Assembly (NCBI GenBank): GCA_963675295.2
Contig: CAXXKJ010000002.1
Location: 608,001-672,000, forward strand
Direction of reading: 5' to 3'
DNA from: a bacterium
GTDB taxonomy: Bacteria > Electryoneota > Electryoneia > Electryoneales > Electryoneaceae
Length of the DNA stretch: 64,000 nt
How positions within the stretch are numbered: the first letter of the stretch is position 1; each line of letters opens with the position of its first letter. Below are positions 1-10,594 of this stretch, piece after piece. The position numbers and the translations under genes are program-made. Below the pieces are notes generated by a model, which was not told the origin of the DNA, ran no database searches, and worked only from the letters and a program-made list of their open reading frames with translations.

Positions 1-1285
1 GTTTATCGCGTCGCTGGAGTCGGTGGACTATGTCGCGATCAATCACTGGCCGACTGCGGTCGAGGTGCTGGGGGTTGTGCGACCGGATGTATATGTCAAG
101 GGCAGCGATTACGCCGACGATAAGGACGATCTCACCGGGAAGATCGTGGACGAACGCGAGGCGGTTGAAGCGCACGGGGGGCGGGTGCATTTCACCCGGG
201 ATATCACGTTCAGCTCGACCAAATTGCTGAACAATCACTTTAACGTTTTCAGCCAGGAAGCTGAAGTATTCCTTGAGGATTTCCGGGGACGCTGGAGTGC
301 GGACGATATCATCGGGATGCTCGACAGCCTGCACGACATGAAGGTGCTGGTAATCGGCGATATCATCCTGGATGAGTACCATTTTTGCGAAGCGATGGGG
401 ATGGCGTCCAAGTCGACCACGATCAACGCGAGGTACCTGGAGGGCGAGAAACACGCCGGTGGTGTGCTGGCTGTGGCGAACCATGTCGCGGGATTCTGCG
501 ACAACATACACCTGGTCAGCCTGGTAGGGGATGAGGACGATCAGCTTGAGTTCATCGAGTCAAAACTGAACCCGAAGATCAGCTCGCGGTTTTTCAGCCG
601 TCCCGACGGTCCGACCACGCGCAAGGTCCGCTACCTGCACCAGTACCAGTACCAGAAGATGTTCGAGTTGACGTATATCGAGGACGGTCCACTACCACTG
701 CAGGTTGAAGAAAACTTAAACCAGTATGTGCGGGATATTGCGAGTGACTACGATCTCGTGCTGGTGACCGACTTCGGGCACGGCATGATCGGGCCGTCGA
801 CGGTGGCGGCGTTGGCGGACACCGCGCCGTTCATCGCGTTGAACACGCAGGTCAACAGCGCCAACCGTGGGTTTAACGCGTTGACCAAGTATCCGCGTGC
901 GGACTATGTCTGCATCGATCAGGAAGAGATCCGGCACACGTATCACGATCGCTTCGGTCCGTTGCAGGATCTGATCCAGAAGGCGGTGGACGATCTCTCG
1001 GCGTCGTTTGTCACGGTCACTCGTGGGCACAAGGGGTCGACGACGTACCGTCGCGGCAACGGCATGCATCATACGCCGGTGTTTGCGGACAAGGCGGTGG
1101 ATCCGATCGGCGCGGGGGACGCATTCCTCTCGATCACGTCGCCGCTGGCCGCGCGTGGTTATCCGGCGGAGGTGATCAGCTTTGTCGGGAACGCGGTGGG
1201 CGCGTTGGCGATTCAGGTGCTTGGTAATCGGTCGAGCGTGCAGCCGGTGGAGTTGAAGAAGTACATCACGACGCTGTTGAAGTAG
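1..1285 (+). CDS. HldE/RfaE-like bifunctional nucleotidyltransferase + PfkB-family sugar kinase (5' truncated by window edge)
   Basis: Cytidylyltransferase tail 'RPDVYVKGSDY...FSSTKL', then a PfkB domain with 'VIGDIILDEY' and 'DPIGAGDAF'. Confidence 0.8.
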   Translation, partial: FIASLESVDYVAINHWPTAVEVLGVVRPDVYVKGSDYADDKDDLTGKIVDEREAVEAHGGRVHFTRDITFSSTKLLNNHFNVFSQEAEVFLEDFRGRWSADDIIGMLDSLHDMKVLVIGDIILDEYHFCEAMGMASKSTTINARYLEGEKHAGGVLAVANHVAGFCDNIHLVSLVGDEDDQLEFIESKLNPKISSRFFSRPDGPTTRKVRYLHQYQYQKMFELTYIEDGPLPLQVEENLNQYVRDIASDYDLVLVTDFGHGMIGPSTVAALADTAPFIALNTQVNSANRGFNALTKYPRADYVCIDQEEIRHTYHDRFGPLQDLIQKAVDDLSASFVTVTRGHKGSTTYRRGNGMHHTPVFADKAVDPIGAGDAFLSITSPLAARGYPAEVISFVGNAVGALAIQVLGNRSSVQPVELKKYITTLLK

Positions 1286-1295
1286 CGTTGCTGAC

Positions 1296-2159
1296 TTAAC
1301 GCGGGAATGACACGCCAATTCCGGCACCGGGGTACCAGTGGTCCTCGGGAATTTCGCGCAGGAACAAAAACTTGCGGCCGGTTTCCTCTGAGAATCTCAG
1401 CAGACTGGCGGAAGCATGTGAGTTGTCACCGAGGATAATAGCGCGTGGCGACAACTTGTCTTTAACTGTCTGATACTCGCGGTACTCGTACTCGTGTGAG
1501 TGGTCGCTGTCGTTGATGAACACATCGATCGGCTGGTTGAATCGTCTCAGCGACTCAATGGAATCGCCGTACAGAATTTCCCCGACCGTTTCGTACTTGC
1601 CTGAAAACAGGTAGCCAGCCTTGGGATTAATGTCAGTGCCGTAATACTGTCCTTCGTATCCCTCTTCTTTGTTTCTCAGCAACGCGGAAGCGAGCAGCAC
1701 CGTGCCCAACCCCTTGTCGATGCCTGTTTCTACGACGACGCGAGGTTTCAGCAGTCGTACCACCGCATACCAACCGAGCCGGCGGCCGAAATCGCATCGC
1801 TCATCCGCTTTATGGGCGAACGGGCTGCTGCGGCTGGTTGTAATCACGTGTTGGCGTAGCTCTTCGTCCGCAAGCGGTTCTTCAAGGAATTTCAGCACGT
1901 GCCCCGGGTTGCGGTTCAACGCTACAGCCAGTCCATGCGCGATCTGCAGGCGGCTGTATTCAGTTAACGGGTAGGTGAAGTTTGTCGTTTCACGTGACGA
2001 AAGCTCGAATTTCACCAGCCGGTGGATGCGAGGCAGAATGTGCACCCGGAACAACCGGCTGAACCGTGGGGAAAAGGTTGTGGTATCCTTTTTGTCGAAC
2101 AGGGTGTCGAGTCGTTCCACGAACTCCTTGGTATTTCTGGATTGTTCGGGCGTCATCAT
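1296..2159 (-). CDS. Class I SAM-dependent methyltransferase (Methyltransf_24-like)
   Basis: Motifs 'VVVETGIDKG', 'GTDIN', 'GDS', 'IDVFINDSDH'; overlaps the upstream sulfotransferase stop by 1 nt. Confidence 0.8.
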   Translation of the reverse strand: MMTPEQSRNTKEFVERLDTLFDKKDTTTFSPRFSRLFRVHILPRIHRLVKFELSSRETTNFTYPLTEYSRLQIAHGLAVALNRNPGHVLKFLEEPLADEELRQHVITTSRSSPFAHKADERCDFGRRLGWYAVVRLLKPRVVVETGIDKGLGTVLLASALLRNKEEGYEGQYYGTDINPKAGYLFSGKYETVGEILYGDSIESLRRFNQPIDVFINDSDHSHEYEYREYQTVKDKLSPRAIILGDNSHASASLLRFSEETGRKFLFLREIPEDHWYPGAGIGVSFPR

Positions 2160-3082
2160 TACTCTCCCAGCATCTCGGCTATCTCACCGGGCAACGGCGG
2201 TTGGTTGGACAGGATGTCGGCACTCTCCAGCTGCGGGGTGGCGTTGTCATCGTAGATCTGATCGAAGGAAAACAGCTGCAGCAGCCGGATTGAATTGGCC
2301 ACGATGTCGGTCGGCAGCTTTTTGCGCCACTTTTCCAGCCGGGCTTCGACGGTGCGTGCCGGATCAACCTTGCCGGAGGTGTGGGACGGGTTGTTGATGC
2401 CATCGAGGATGTGTTCGTCGAACGGCTGATCGAGGAAGGTGAACAGCCGTCGCAGTTCCGCTTCCGGATGCAGCGCGAGGTGTTCGTAGAACAGCACGTG
2501 CACGTCCAGCTCGCGAATCTGTTTCAACGCGACGAAGTTTTCCACACACCACAGCAACAAACCGCTCTCGTAGGCGTGCATCTCCTCGCGTTCGAGCAAC
2601 GGCAGGATCGGCTCGAGGTAATCTTCGTTCAGCTCGGGCTGGCCGAGCAGCAGGTCGACCCCTCGTTTCCAGTTCATCTCCATGCGTGACACGGTCACCG
2701 CGATCGGATGGCGCAGGGTGAGGATGAGTTTTACGTCCGGAAACTGTTGCCGCATCCACGCCAGGGTCATGTTCGCGCGGATTTCCTTGACGATCCGTTT
2801 GTTTGAGTGCGGCGCACTGTTGAACCGGTTGACCCACTCGTTCTCGACGGTACCGTAGAGAAAGTTCTCCGCAACTTTGCGATGCTCCGGGTAGTCTCCG
2901 TCAGGGCGCAGGTACTGCCGCCAGCCGAACGGGTCAATTCCCTTGACCTGGTGGTGGTTCAGCGGCTCGAAGTAGTAGCTGAAATCCTGACGGTGGTTGA
3001 GCAGGTTCGCTAGCCAGGTTGTGCCGCTGCGGCCGGATCCGGCGAGGAAGATGACGTTGTCGGGACGGGCGTGTTCGGGCAT
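2159..3082 (-). CDS. Sulfotransferase family protein
   Basis: PAPS-binding loop 'GSGRSGTTWL', plus 'LRHPIAVTVS' and 'YEHL'. Confidence 0.85.
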   Translation of the reverse strand: MPEHARPDNVIFLAGSGRSGTTWLANLLNHRQDFSYYFEPLNHHQVKGIDPFGWRQYLRPDGDYPEHRKVAENFLYGTVENEWVNRFNSAPHSNKRIVKEIRANMTLAWMRQQFPDVKLILTLRHPIAVTVSRMEMNWKRGVDLLLGQPELNEDYLEPILPLLEREEMHAYESGLLLWCVENFVALKQIRELDVHVLFYEHLALHPEAELRRLFTFLDQPFDEHILDGINNPSHTSGKVDPARTVEARLEKWRKKLPTDIVANSIRLLQLFSFDQIYDDNATPQLESADILSNQPPLPGEIAEMLGE

Positions 3083-3277
3083 CTTGGTTCCGTTCGAGGG
3101 AAACTGTGAAGCGTTGTCGCCAATATGTCCCTGTCTGGCGGGGTGTGCAAGCGGTAAGAAAATACCGCTGGACTGTCGTAGCGGCAGAAATCTGCGTTGC
3201 GGGAGAAGACGAGAATAGCCCGGCTCAGTGAGTCGGGCTATCGTCGTTGTAACCAGTAAGTATGACTGGTATTACAG

Positions 3278-3365
3278 CGGAGAGGGTGGGATTCGAACCC
3301 ACGTTACGGGGTCACCGCAAACTCGCTTTCGAGGCGAGCGCCTTCAACCACTCGGCCACCTCTCC
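3278..3365 (-). tRNA. tRNA-Ser (CGA)
   Basis: Reverse complement GGAGAGGTGGCCGAGTGG...CTCGC-CTCGAAA-GCGAG, long variable arm, GTTCGAATCCCACCCTCTCCG; CCA not encoded. Confidence 0.95.
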
Positions 3366-3920
3366 GGGGTTGTTCGTCGATCACGGGCGCGGGTGATCAC
3401 GGCTGCGTCGTCAATTGGACCACCGTGTCAGGTGATCCATGCTTGTGCAATTGCCGTGTTCACATAACAAGTAATCCATGGCTGCACAAATGCAAACTGG
3501 CAGCCGCCGCACGCCCGGCAGTATCGCTTGGAACAGCCGCATAAGGTAAACGCCGGCTGCAAGTCTGGCAATCCCCTCCGAGACGAGATGGGGAGCGGTA
3601 GGGTCCCTTATTGGTAGAGAAGAACCTCTCAACGCCGGGGTCTCCCGTAAGTCAGTGGGGTCGTTTCCCGCCTGCGTGTTCACCTCCCCGAATCCGTCTC
3701 CGCTGGCGTACATCCACTGTTTTGACCACTCCCTCGCGGTTCCCTTCCCGGTTGTATGTTGCATTCGACCGTGTGGTGGGCAACGAGTCTCCAACTCTGC
3801 CTGTGATGCGCGGATGCCGGTGCTGATGTGAATCACATCACATGATTGCGTCCCACCGGTTCGTATGCTGGTATCGAAGAAGCGACATATCTACGTGTGG
3901 GCGTAAACTTGGGGGATGGG

Positions 3921-5381
3921 ATGAGCACACGACGATGGTGTTGGTCTTTGCTGGTTGCACTAGTACTGGTTCCGGGTCTGCTTCCCGCGCAGCCGGTGCA
4001 GGTTTGGCTCAATCAATATGGTACGCAGAGTCACACTGCCTATCAGATGATTCGTACCAGTTCGGGCCAGTATGCGCATTGTGTCCGTGAAGGCTATTCT
4101 GGTGACGCGCTATTCCTGCTGGATTCGGCGGGTGAGGAAATCTGGCATCACACCTATGGCGAAATGGGAAATTATGACTCCAATGAGGACGTGCTGGAGA
4201 TGCCGGACGGCGGTTTCCTGTTGGCGGGGTATGCGTGGATTGACGCGCAGGCGGCATATGACGCCCGTTTGATCCGTACCGACGCCTCCGGCGCGGTGAT
4301 TTGGGAAACGTTCGCCGGGAGTGTCGAGGAGACCGACTACGGGCACAAGGTTGTACGCACCGAGGCTGGCCGCATCTTCATGACCGGCCAGATCTGGACC
4401 GGATCGGTGTCCGAGGGTGCGTTGTGGGAATTCAATGACAACGGCGACCTGCTGAACACGTACAACTACAACGCGGGCACATCATCCGTCGGCTTCCATA
4501 CCATCATTTTGACCAGTGACGATCACCTGGTGATGAGCGGCGGCGGCTATTTCAACGTTGACGACTACGATGGCTGGGCGATCAAGGTCGACATGGACGG
4601 CGAGATTGTCTGGAGCAACGTGCTGTACAATGACAACTGGCAGTACATGTCACGGATCGGGGAAGCGGCGGATGGATCCTTCATCTTCGCGGGCAACGGC
4701 GTGTCTGAACCGGATGGGGATCCGCATCCATGGTACGGTCGTCTTGATGCGGACGGAAACGTGCAATACACGACCTACTACGGCAATCCCACCGCGAGCA
4801 GCTACTTCCTCGAGTGCGCACCGGATGTGGACGGCAACTGGTTGCTCGCCGGCCGCTACGAGGGCGCAGATCCGGACCAGGACGCATTGCTGCTGAAGAT
4901 CAATCCGGCGGATGGCAGCCTGATCTGGACGTTGACGGTCGGGGAGAGCGATCCCGGCAGCGACGAAGGCTTTTCAGACATCGTGCTCGATCCGGATGGC
5001 AGTTACATCCTCGCTGGCGACGGTGACTTCAATGCGCTAACCCACCCCGGTTTCATCGCGATGTACAACATGACCGGGTCGGGCGTGGAACCGGTTGCCA
5101 TGACAAACCAGCCGCGTGCATTCTCCCTGGTCAACGTGTATCCGAACCCGTTCAACGCCACCACGACAGTGGTGCTGGAGCTGGCGCAGCCATGCGAGCT
5201 GCAGGTAGATGTGGTCAATGTGAACGGGCAGGTGGTGTCGACGTTGACGCACGCGTCCATGGCACCGGGCACGCACCGGTTGAACTGGCGGGCGGATTCG
5301 TTCGCGAGCGGTGTGTATTGGCTGCGCGCGTCCGTGCCGGGAAGCTTGACGGCAACCCGGAAAATCACTCTGGTGAAGTAA
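3921..5381 (+). CDS. Secreted beta-propeller-repeat protein with T9SS/Por-type C-terminal sorting domain
   Basis: Signal peptide; 'DGGFLLAG...G..IW' repeats; C-terminus 'YPNPFN...ASGVYWLR...KITLVK'. Start moved to ATG 3921. Confidence 0.8.
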   Translation: MSTRRWCWSLLVALVLVPGLLPAQPVQVWLNQYGTQSHTAYQMIRTSSGQYAHCVREGYSGDALFLLDSAGEEIWHHTYGEMGNYDSNEDVLEMPDGGFLLAGYAWIDAQAAYDARLIRTDASGAVIWETFAGSVEETDYGHKVVRTEAGRIFMTGQIWTGSVSEGALWEFNDNGDLLNTYNYNAGTSSVGFHTIILTSDDHLVMSGGGYFNVDDYDGWAIKVDMDGEIVWSNVLYNDNWQYMSRIGEAADGSFIFAGNGVSEPDGDPHPWYGRLDADGNVQYTTYYGNPTASSYFLECAPDVDGNWLLAGRYEGADPDQDALLLKINPADGSLIWTLTVGESDPGSDEGFSDIVLDPDGSYILAGDGDFNALTHPGFIAMYNMTGSGVEPVAMTNQPRAFSLVNVYPNPFNATTTVVLELAQPCELQVDVVNVNGQVVSTLTHASMAPGTHRLNWRADSFASGVYWLRASVPGSLTATRKITLVK

Positions 5382-5533
5382 GGTGAGTTGATCTGCCGCT
5401 ATCCGGACGACGGGAAGCGACCGCGTTGAAACGAACAGAACTTTATGTGAACAGAGTCACAACCATTGGTGGATAGCGGACATTTTGTTATTTTCAGCAT
5501 ACGATCGGTGTCACGAACAAATTGGGGGAAAGA

Positions 5534-7411
5534 ATGAACGGAGTTCGCATTGTACTTGCCGGGCTGGCGATGCTCGGCCTGGTGGCGGTGGGAACAGCTC
5601 AGCCGGACCTGGTCTGGATGGAAACCTATGGCAGCAGCAGTCATTCAAGCTATGACCTGTGTCAGACGCACAATGGCGATTTCATGCACCTCGCCCAGGC
5701 AAGCTATACGGGCGATACGGTGTATCGGCTCGCGCCGAATGGTGATGAAATCTGGCATAAAACCTATGGGGAAACAGGGAATTACGACCGCAACAATGAG
5801 ATTCTCGAACTGCCGAATGGGGACTTTCTGGTTGCTGGCTACGAATGGATTGACGATCAAAGTGCCTATGATGCCCGCCTGATTCGCATTAATCCGCACG
5901 GCGGGGTTGTCTGGACGCGGTACGTTGGCGCGGTGGATGGCACGGATTATGGGTATGCGATCGCTCGCAGCGCGACCGGCCGGATCTTCATGTCAGGGCA
6001 GATCTGGACGGGTATGTTCACGGAAGGCGGGATCTGGGAATTCGACGAAGATGGCAACCTGCTGAACACGATCAGCTTCATTCCCGACGGACACTCCGGT
6101 TCGATGAGCTTCAGCGACATCGAGGTGACGGCGGACAACCACCTGGTGATGGTTGGCGGCGGGTACTATGAGACGGACAATTGGGATGGCTGGATTCTGA
6201 AATCGACCATGGATGGAAGCATGGTCTGGGAGACGATTCTGAGCAGGCCCGACTGGAATCACTTCACGGAGATCCGTGAGGCGGACGATGGAACGTTGTA
6301 TTTCGCAGGCAACAGTGTCAGCGCGGATGGGGAGAACCGTCACCCGTGGCACGGCAAATTCAGCGCAACCGGAACCTTGCTCTTCAGCCATTTCTACGGA
6401 ATGGGTGACGGGAACCAGGCAAGCTATTTCTTGACTGTCAACAAGGATAGCGATGGAAACTGGCTGCTGGCGGGCCGTTACGAAGCCGATGGCTCATCGC
6501 ATGCGGACGCATTGCTGCTCAAGGTTGATCACACCGATGGCAGCACCATCTGGGACATCCTCGAAGGTGACCCCACGGTGGGAAGTGACGAAGGGTTCAG
6601 CGATGTCGCCGTGCTGCGCGACGGTTCGTTGATGGTTGCTGGCGATGGCGATTTTGGAGCTACGTCGCATCCGCCGTTCATCGCCCGCTACGGCACCGAA
6701 GAGCTGGCGCTGGTTGATGTTGAGGTTGACGGCGGATCCTTTGGCCAGTACATCGATCCCGAAGGTGGGGATCTGGTGTACGATGTGACCATCACCAACA
6801 CGTTGCCGACGGCACAGGTTGTCCAGGGCTGGACAGAAGCGATTCTGCCGAACGGGAGTTCGTACGCTGTGGCGATGGTTTCGCTCACCCTGGTACCTGG
6901 CAACACGAACTTCTACAACGACCTTGTTACCAGTGTTCCGGGAATGGCGCCGTCCGGGTACTACATGTTTCGTGTCAACCTCGGGCTGCATCCGTTTGTC
7001 TACACCAGCGACTCCTTCTGGTTCCGTAAGGAACCGGTTGCGATTGATGCGCACGAAACACCCCGTTCCAGCTGGGAACAGCTGGGTTGGGTGGAGCAGG
7101 CGACGGTGAGTGCGGATCTCGCGGATGTCGAGGCAACGCAACCGAGTGAGTTTTCCCTCTCCCACGTGTATCCGAACCCGTTCAACTCGACGGTTCACGT
7201 AAGCCTGCAGGTTCCACAGCAGGGCGAGGTGACGGTGGATATCGTCAACCTGCGGGGCCAGGTGGTCGGTCAGCTACATCACGGTCAACTGGCTGCTGGG
7301 GACCATGACTTCAGCTGGTCGGCGGATGGCGTGGCGAGCGGCGTGTACTTCCTGCGGGCAACAGCTGCGGGGCAGAAACAGCTACTCCGGAAGGTGGCAT
7401 TGGTCCGGTAG
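5534..7411 (+). CDS. Paralogous secreted beta-propeller protein with extra Ig-like module and T9SS-type CTD
   Basis: Shares 'EIWH.TYGE.GNYD', 'GRIFM.GQIWTG' and 'GSDEGFSD' with the upstream gene; CTD 'YPNPFN...ASGVYFLR'. Confidence 0.8.
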   Translation: MNGVRIVLAGLAMLGLVAVGTAQPDLVWMETYGSSSHSSYDLCQTHNGDFMHLAQASYTGDTVYRLAPNGDEIWHKTYGETGNYDRNNEILELPNGDFLVAGYEWIDDQSAYDARLIRINPHGGVVWTRYVGAVDGTDYGYAIARSATGRIFMSGQIWTGMFTEGGIWEFDEDGNLLNTISFIPDGHSGSMSFSDIEVTADNHLVMVGGGYYETDNWDGWILKSTMDGSMVWETILSRPDWNHFTEIREADDGTLYFAGNSVSADGENRHPWHGKFSATGTLLFSHFYGMGDGNQASYFLTVNKDSDGNWLLAGRYEADGSSHADALLLKVDHTDGSTIWDILEGDPTVGSDEGFSDVAVLRDGSLMVAGDGDFGATSHPPFIARYGTEELALVDVEVDGGSFGQYIDPEGGDLVYDVTITNTLPTAQVVQGWTEAILPNGSSYAVAMVSLTLVPGNTNFYNDLVTSVPGMAPSGYYMFRVNLGLHPFVYTSDSFWFRKEPVAIDAHETPRSSWEQLGWVEQATVSADLADVEATQPSEFSLSHVYPNPFNSTVHVSLQVPQQGEVTVDIVNLRGQVVGQLHHGQLAAGDHDFSWSADGVASGVYFLRATAAGQKQLLRKVALVR

Positions 7412-7462
7412 GAAGATAGTGCCCAGTGGTCAGTCGTCAGTGTTCAGTGAACTACAAGACAG

Positions 7463-7497
7463 CGGGGACAGGTGATGAGTTTGCCTGTCCCCGTTTT
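7463..7497 (+). terminator. Intrinsic terminator
   Basis: CGGGGACAGG...CCTGTCCCCG stem followed by TTTT. Confidence 0.7.
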
Positions 7498-7558
7498 GTG
7501 TTGTGGCGGATGATCCCAGACATGAATGTCTAGTGCACGATGGTTTTTCCTCAGTCAT

Positions 7559-7607
7559 CCATGACACCCGACTTGGACACAAACACACCAAGTCGGGCCA
7601 CACATCC
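7559..7607. repeat. REP-like palindrome, copy A
   Basis: CCATGACA-CCCGACTTGG-loop-CCAAGTCGGG-CCACAC; also present at 13373, 13420 and 22630. Confidence 0.8.
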
Positions 7608-7715
7608 ATAGCCCATAGCCTATCGCCCAGCGCCAACAATTCGCTGGCTACAGACCGGTGACAGTAGTCCGCCGACCGCAGCCTATAGCGCACAGCCCGC
7701 TGACCGTAGCCGCGT

Positions 7716-10130
7716 TTATTCATCCCGCAGCACGTCAGCCGGGCGGACCTGCGACAGGCGGTAGGACAGGGCAAGGACGAGGCTTACCGCCAGTACCAGC
7801 ACAACGCTCGCCGCAACGATCATCGGCAGCACGCCCGCGTCCACACGGAACGCGAACGTCGCCAGCCAGCGCTGGCTGATCACCCATGCAATCGGTCCGG
7901 CGATGGCGCTGGCGAAGATGATCAGACCGACGGTCTCACGGCTGAGCAATGTGAGGATGGAGGAAACCGACGCGCCGAGCGTTTTGCGGATCCCGATTTC
8001 CTTGCTGCGTTGCAGGACTTGCAGCACGGTGACCCCGGCGATGCCGAGCAGCGCGATCAGGATTGCGAGGCCGGCGGTGATCGCTACCAGGCTGTTCCAC
8101 CGTTTTTCTTCGCTGTACTGGGACGCGAGTTCATCTTCGACGTACCGCAGGTCGAACATCGCGTCCGGTACCCAGTTTTGCCACAATGCGCCCAGCGCGC
8201 TCACTGATTCCTGAACCTGACCCGGTTCCAGTCGGGCGAGGATCATGGTTGGCCGTGTGCCGTACTGGGAGATGGACATCGACCGGTTTTCGCTGTTCAG
8301 ATCGTCCCGGTCGAGCAGTAACGCCATTGGGTCGATCGGATCGTGCAGGCTGTGATAGTGGAAATCGGGGGTTACGCCCACGATCTGCGCGTTCCCGAAC
8401 ATAAACGGGATCGTCGCGCCGACGGGTGCGTCGAGTTCCATGTCCCGCACGAACGCCTCGTTGACAATCACCGCGCCGTGTTGTTCATCCGGACGGAAGT
8501 CGCGTCCCTGAATTACGGGAATGGTACAGGTTTCGAGGAAGTTGGGTGAGACGGTGTTCTGGTAGAACATGATCTCGGTCCCATCCTCCTGCGGATAGTA
8601 AATCTTGTTCCAGTGGTCACCGAAAGTGCAGGCCACGGCGGAAGCGCTGACCAGATCGATTGATCCCTCGCCGCCGGATTGCAGGCGTTGTGTGATGTCT
8701 TCCGCCAGCCCTTCCCGCGCGGTGGCATGCAGGGTAACCAGGTTGTCCGGCGTGTACCCGAGGTCGCGGTTGACGATGAAATTGAGCTGCAGCACCATCA
8801 CGGTTGTCACGGACCCGAGCAGGATGGTGACACCCAGTTGCAGGAGCAAAAGACCACGGCGGAATCCGCCCCGTCCACCGACACGCAGGCTGTTCTTCAG
8901 CGCGTTGAGGATCGGGTAGCGGGTCATCACCATCGCTGGATACAGCCCGGCGAGGGTGGTTGCCAGGGTCGCGGCTCCCAGCGCAATCAGGACGGTGGAG
9001 AAGCCGGCGTGCAGGGACAAAGCCGTGTCAGCGTAATTGTTGAACACCGGTAGAAGCAATTCCACCAGCAGCAGGGCCGGAATCAATGCACAGGCCACAA
9101 GGATCGCTGTCTCAAGCCAGAATTGCCGTCCCAGTTCGCCGCGTTGCGCACCGAGCACCTTGCGCACTCCGATTTCCCGCTGCCGGAAGGTGGACCGTCC
9201 GACGGTCAGGATCGCGTAGTTGATGCACGCCAGCAACAGGACCACCATCGCGATGACGGACAGAATGCCAACGGCCTGCGGGTTGCCATTGATGGTGTAC
9301 TTGCGCGGGTTGGAGAGGGTGAGGTGGACCTCGTTCAGCGGCTGCAGGATGTAGCGGCTGGGGTCACGTTTTCCACCTGCCGGCTCGCCGTCGGGCCGTG
9401 GCAGGGAGTGCAGCGCGGCTTCCACTGTAGCCATGTTGGCACCGGATTCGAGGCGCAGCCAGGTGTGTGAGAACACAACCTGCCACAGGTTGTCGTTCAT
9501 CGTGAGGAAGTAGTCTTCCTGCGTCGGGAAATACGCCAGCACCTCGTACTGCACGGTTTCGTTCGGCGCGGGATCCTCGAGCACGCCTTCAACGCGCATC
9601 GGCTGCAGCTCGTCGCCGTTGTCGACCAGCAGGGTGCGGCCGGTGACGTAGGTTTCGCCGAAGAACTTCATCGCCGCGCTACGGGTCAGCAGCAGGCCGT
9701 CCGGATTGTGCAGGAAGGTACTCGGGTCGCCCTCCAGCACGGTCGGGCGAAAGATGTCCATGAACGTCGAATCAGCGTATCGTACTTCCTGCCGCAGCAG
9801 AACATCACCTTGCCGGATCTGCGGATGGCGGCGGCTGAAATGTGTAATCGCGGCGATGCCAGGAACCTGCGAGAGATACTCCTTGTCCACCATGACCGAT
9901 ACCCACGGGAACGCCTGCTGGTCCTCCTCGTTCGGGTTCGGCTTGACCAGGACACGGTACACCTGGTCCGAACCGGGGATGTGCCGGTCCCAGGTCAGTT
10001 CATAGTGGATGTAGAGCGCAATCAGCAGGACAGCGCAGATACCCACCGCGAGCCCGACGAGGTTGAGTACGGTGTAGAAGCGGTTGCGCATCAGGTTACG
10101 GATGGCGGTGATGGTATAGCTGCGCCACAT
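7716..10130 (-). CDS. ABC transporter permease (duplicated MacB-PCD/FtsX)
   Basis: 'AIRNLMRNRFYTVLNLVGLAVG' and two 'EIG(V/I)RK.LGA' motifs; 804 aa. Confidence 0.9.
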   Translation of the reverse strand: MWRSYTITAIRNLMRNRFYTVLNLVGLAVGICAVLLIALYIHYELTWDRHIPGSDQVYRVLVKPNPNEEDQQAFPWVSVMVDKEYLSQVPGIAAITHFSRRHPQIRQGDVLLRQEVRYADSTFMDIFRPTVLEGDPSTFLHNPDGLLLTRSAAMKFFGETYVTGRTLLVDNGDELQPMRVEGVLEDPAPNETVQYEVLAYFPTQEDYFLTMNDNLWQVVFSHTWLRLESGANMATVEAALHSLPRPDGEPAGGKRDPSRYILQPLNEVHLTLSNPRKYTINGNPQAVGILSVIAMVVLLLACINYAILTVGRSTFRQREIGVRKVLGAQRGELGRQFWLETAILVACALIPALLLVELLLPVFNNYADTALSLHAGFSTVLIALGAATLATTLAGLYPAMVMTRYPILNALKNSLRVGGRGGFRRGLLLLQLGVTILLGSVTTVMVLQLNFIVNRDLGYTPDNLVTLHATAREGLAEDITQRLQSGGEGSIDLVSASAVACTFGDHWNKIYYPQEDGTEIMFYQNTVSPNFLETCTIPVIQGRDFRPDEQHGAVIVNEAFVRDMELDAPVGATIPFMFGNAQIVGVTPDFHYHSLHDPIDPMALLLDRDDLNSENRSMSISQYGTRPTMILARLEPGQVQESVSALGALWQNWVPDAMFDLRYVEDELASQYSEEKRWNSLVAITAGLAILIALLGIAGVTVLQVLQRSKEIGIRKTLGASVSSILTLLSRETVGLIIFASAIAGPIAWVISQRWLATFAFRVDAGVLPMIVAASVVLVLAVSLVLALSYRLSQVRPADVLRDE

Positions 10131-10187
10131 GGTTCCCCCCTGGCAGCGGCAGGTTCTGTTTACGGGTACAACGGTTACCGTGATTCA

Positions 10188-10203
10188 GGCAAGTCCCGTG
10201 CCG
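10188..10203 (-). promoter_or_regulatory. Putative sigma54 -24/-12 promoter of the ABC permease
   Basis: Minus strand CGGCAC-GGGAC-TTGC about 60 nt upstream of the ATG. Confidence 0.6.
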
Positions 10204-10335
10204 GAGCTTGATTGTCGCCGGATGTGTTGACAGGACGCGGGAGTCGGGGAAGAGGTTACGGAATAGTGCGTTGTCGGGGGAGGTCAGTCGTGTCCGCACA
10301 CGACCGGCGGTGTCCGCCTGCGAACAGCCCGGGCG

Positions 10336-10497
10336 CTACTTCTTGTACGGCGCGATCAGGGCAAACAACAGCGCGAAGGGGCCGAACAGCAGCGCGAGGA
10401 ACGCCCACAGGCAGCCGCCACCCGATTTCTTGTTGCCGACGAAGAACGCGATGATCGAACACAGCAACCACAGGGGACTGAAGACGAGGATTTCCAT
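10336..10497 (-). CDS. Small 53-aa two-TM membrane protein (absent from ORF track)
   Basis: MEILVFSPLWLLCSIIAFFVGNKKSGGGCLWAFLALLFGPFALLFALIAPYKK*: two hydrophobic helices with basic loop. Confidence 0.65.
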   Translation of the reverse strand: MEILVFSPLWLLCSIIAFFVGNKKSGGGCLWAFLALLFGPFALLFALIAPYKK

Positions 10498-10594
10498 CGT
10501 TGTCTCATCTGTTACGGATCACTGAGTACAGGATTCAGGTACCTGACCACTGACCACCGATCACTGTTAACTGGCTACTGAGAACTGTCAGTCC

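Noticed and set aside
3215-3277. Integration scar downstream of tRNA-Ser
   Set aside because: Two hairpins are present, but no integrase and no duplicate of the tRNA 3' end are visible in the window; a terminator explanation suffices.
3370-3920. ORFs or ncRNA between tRNA-Ser and the first secreted protein
   Set aside because: ORFs lack motifs and SD sites, and I recognised no RNA family; left unassigned.
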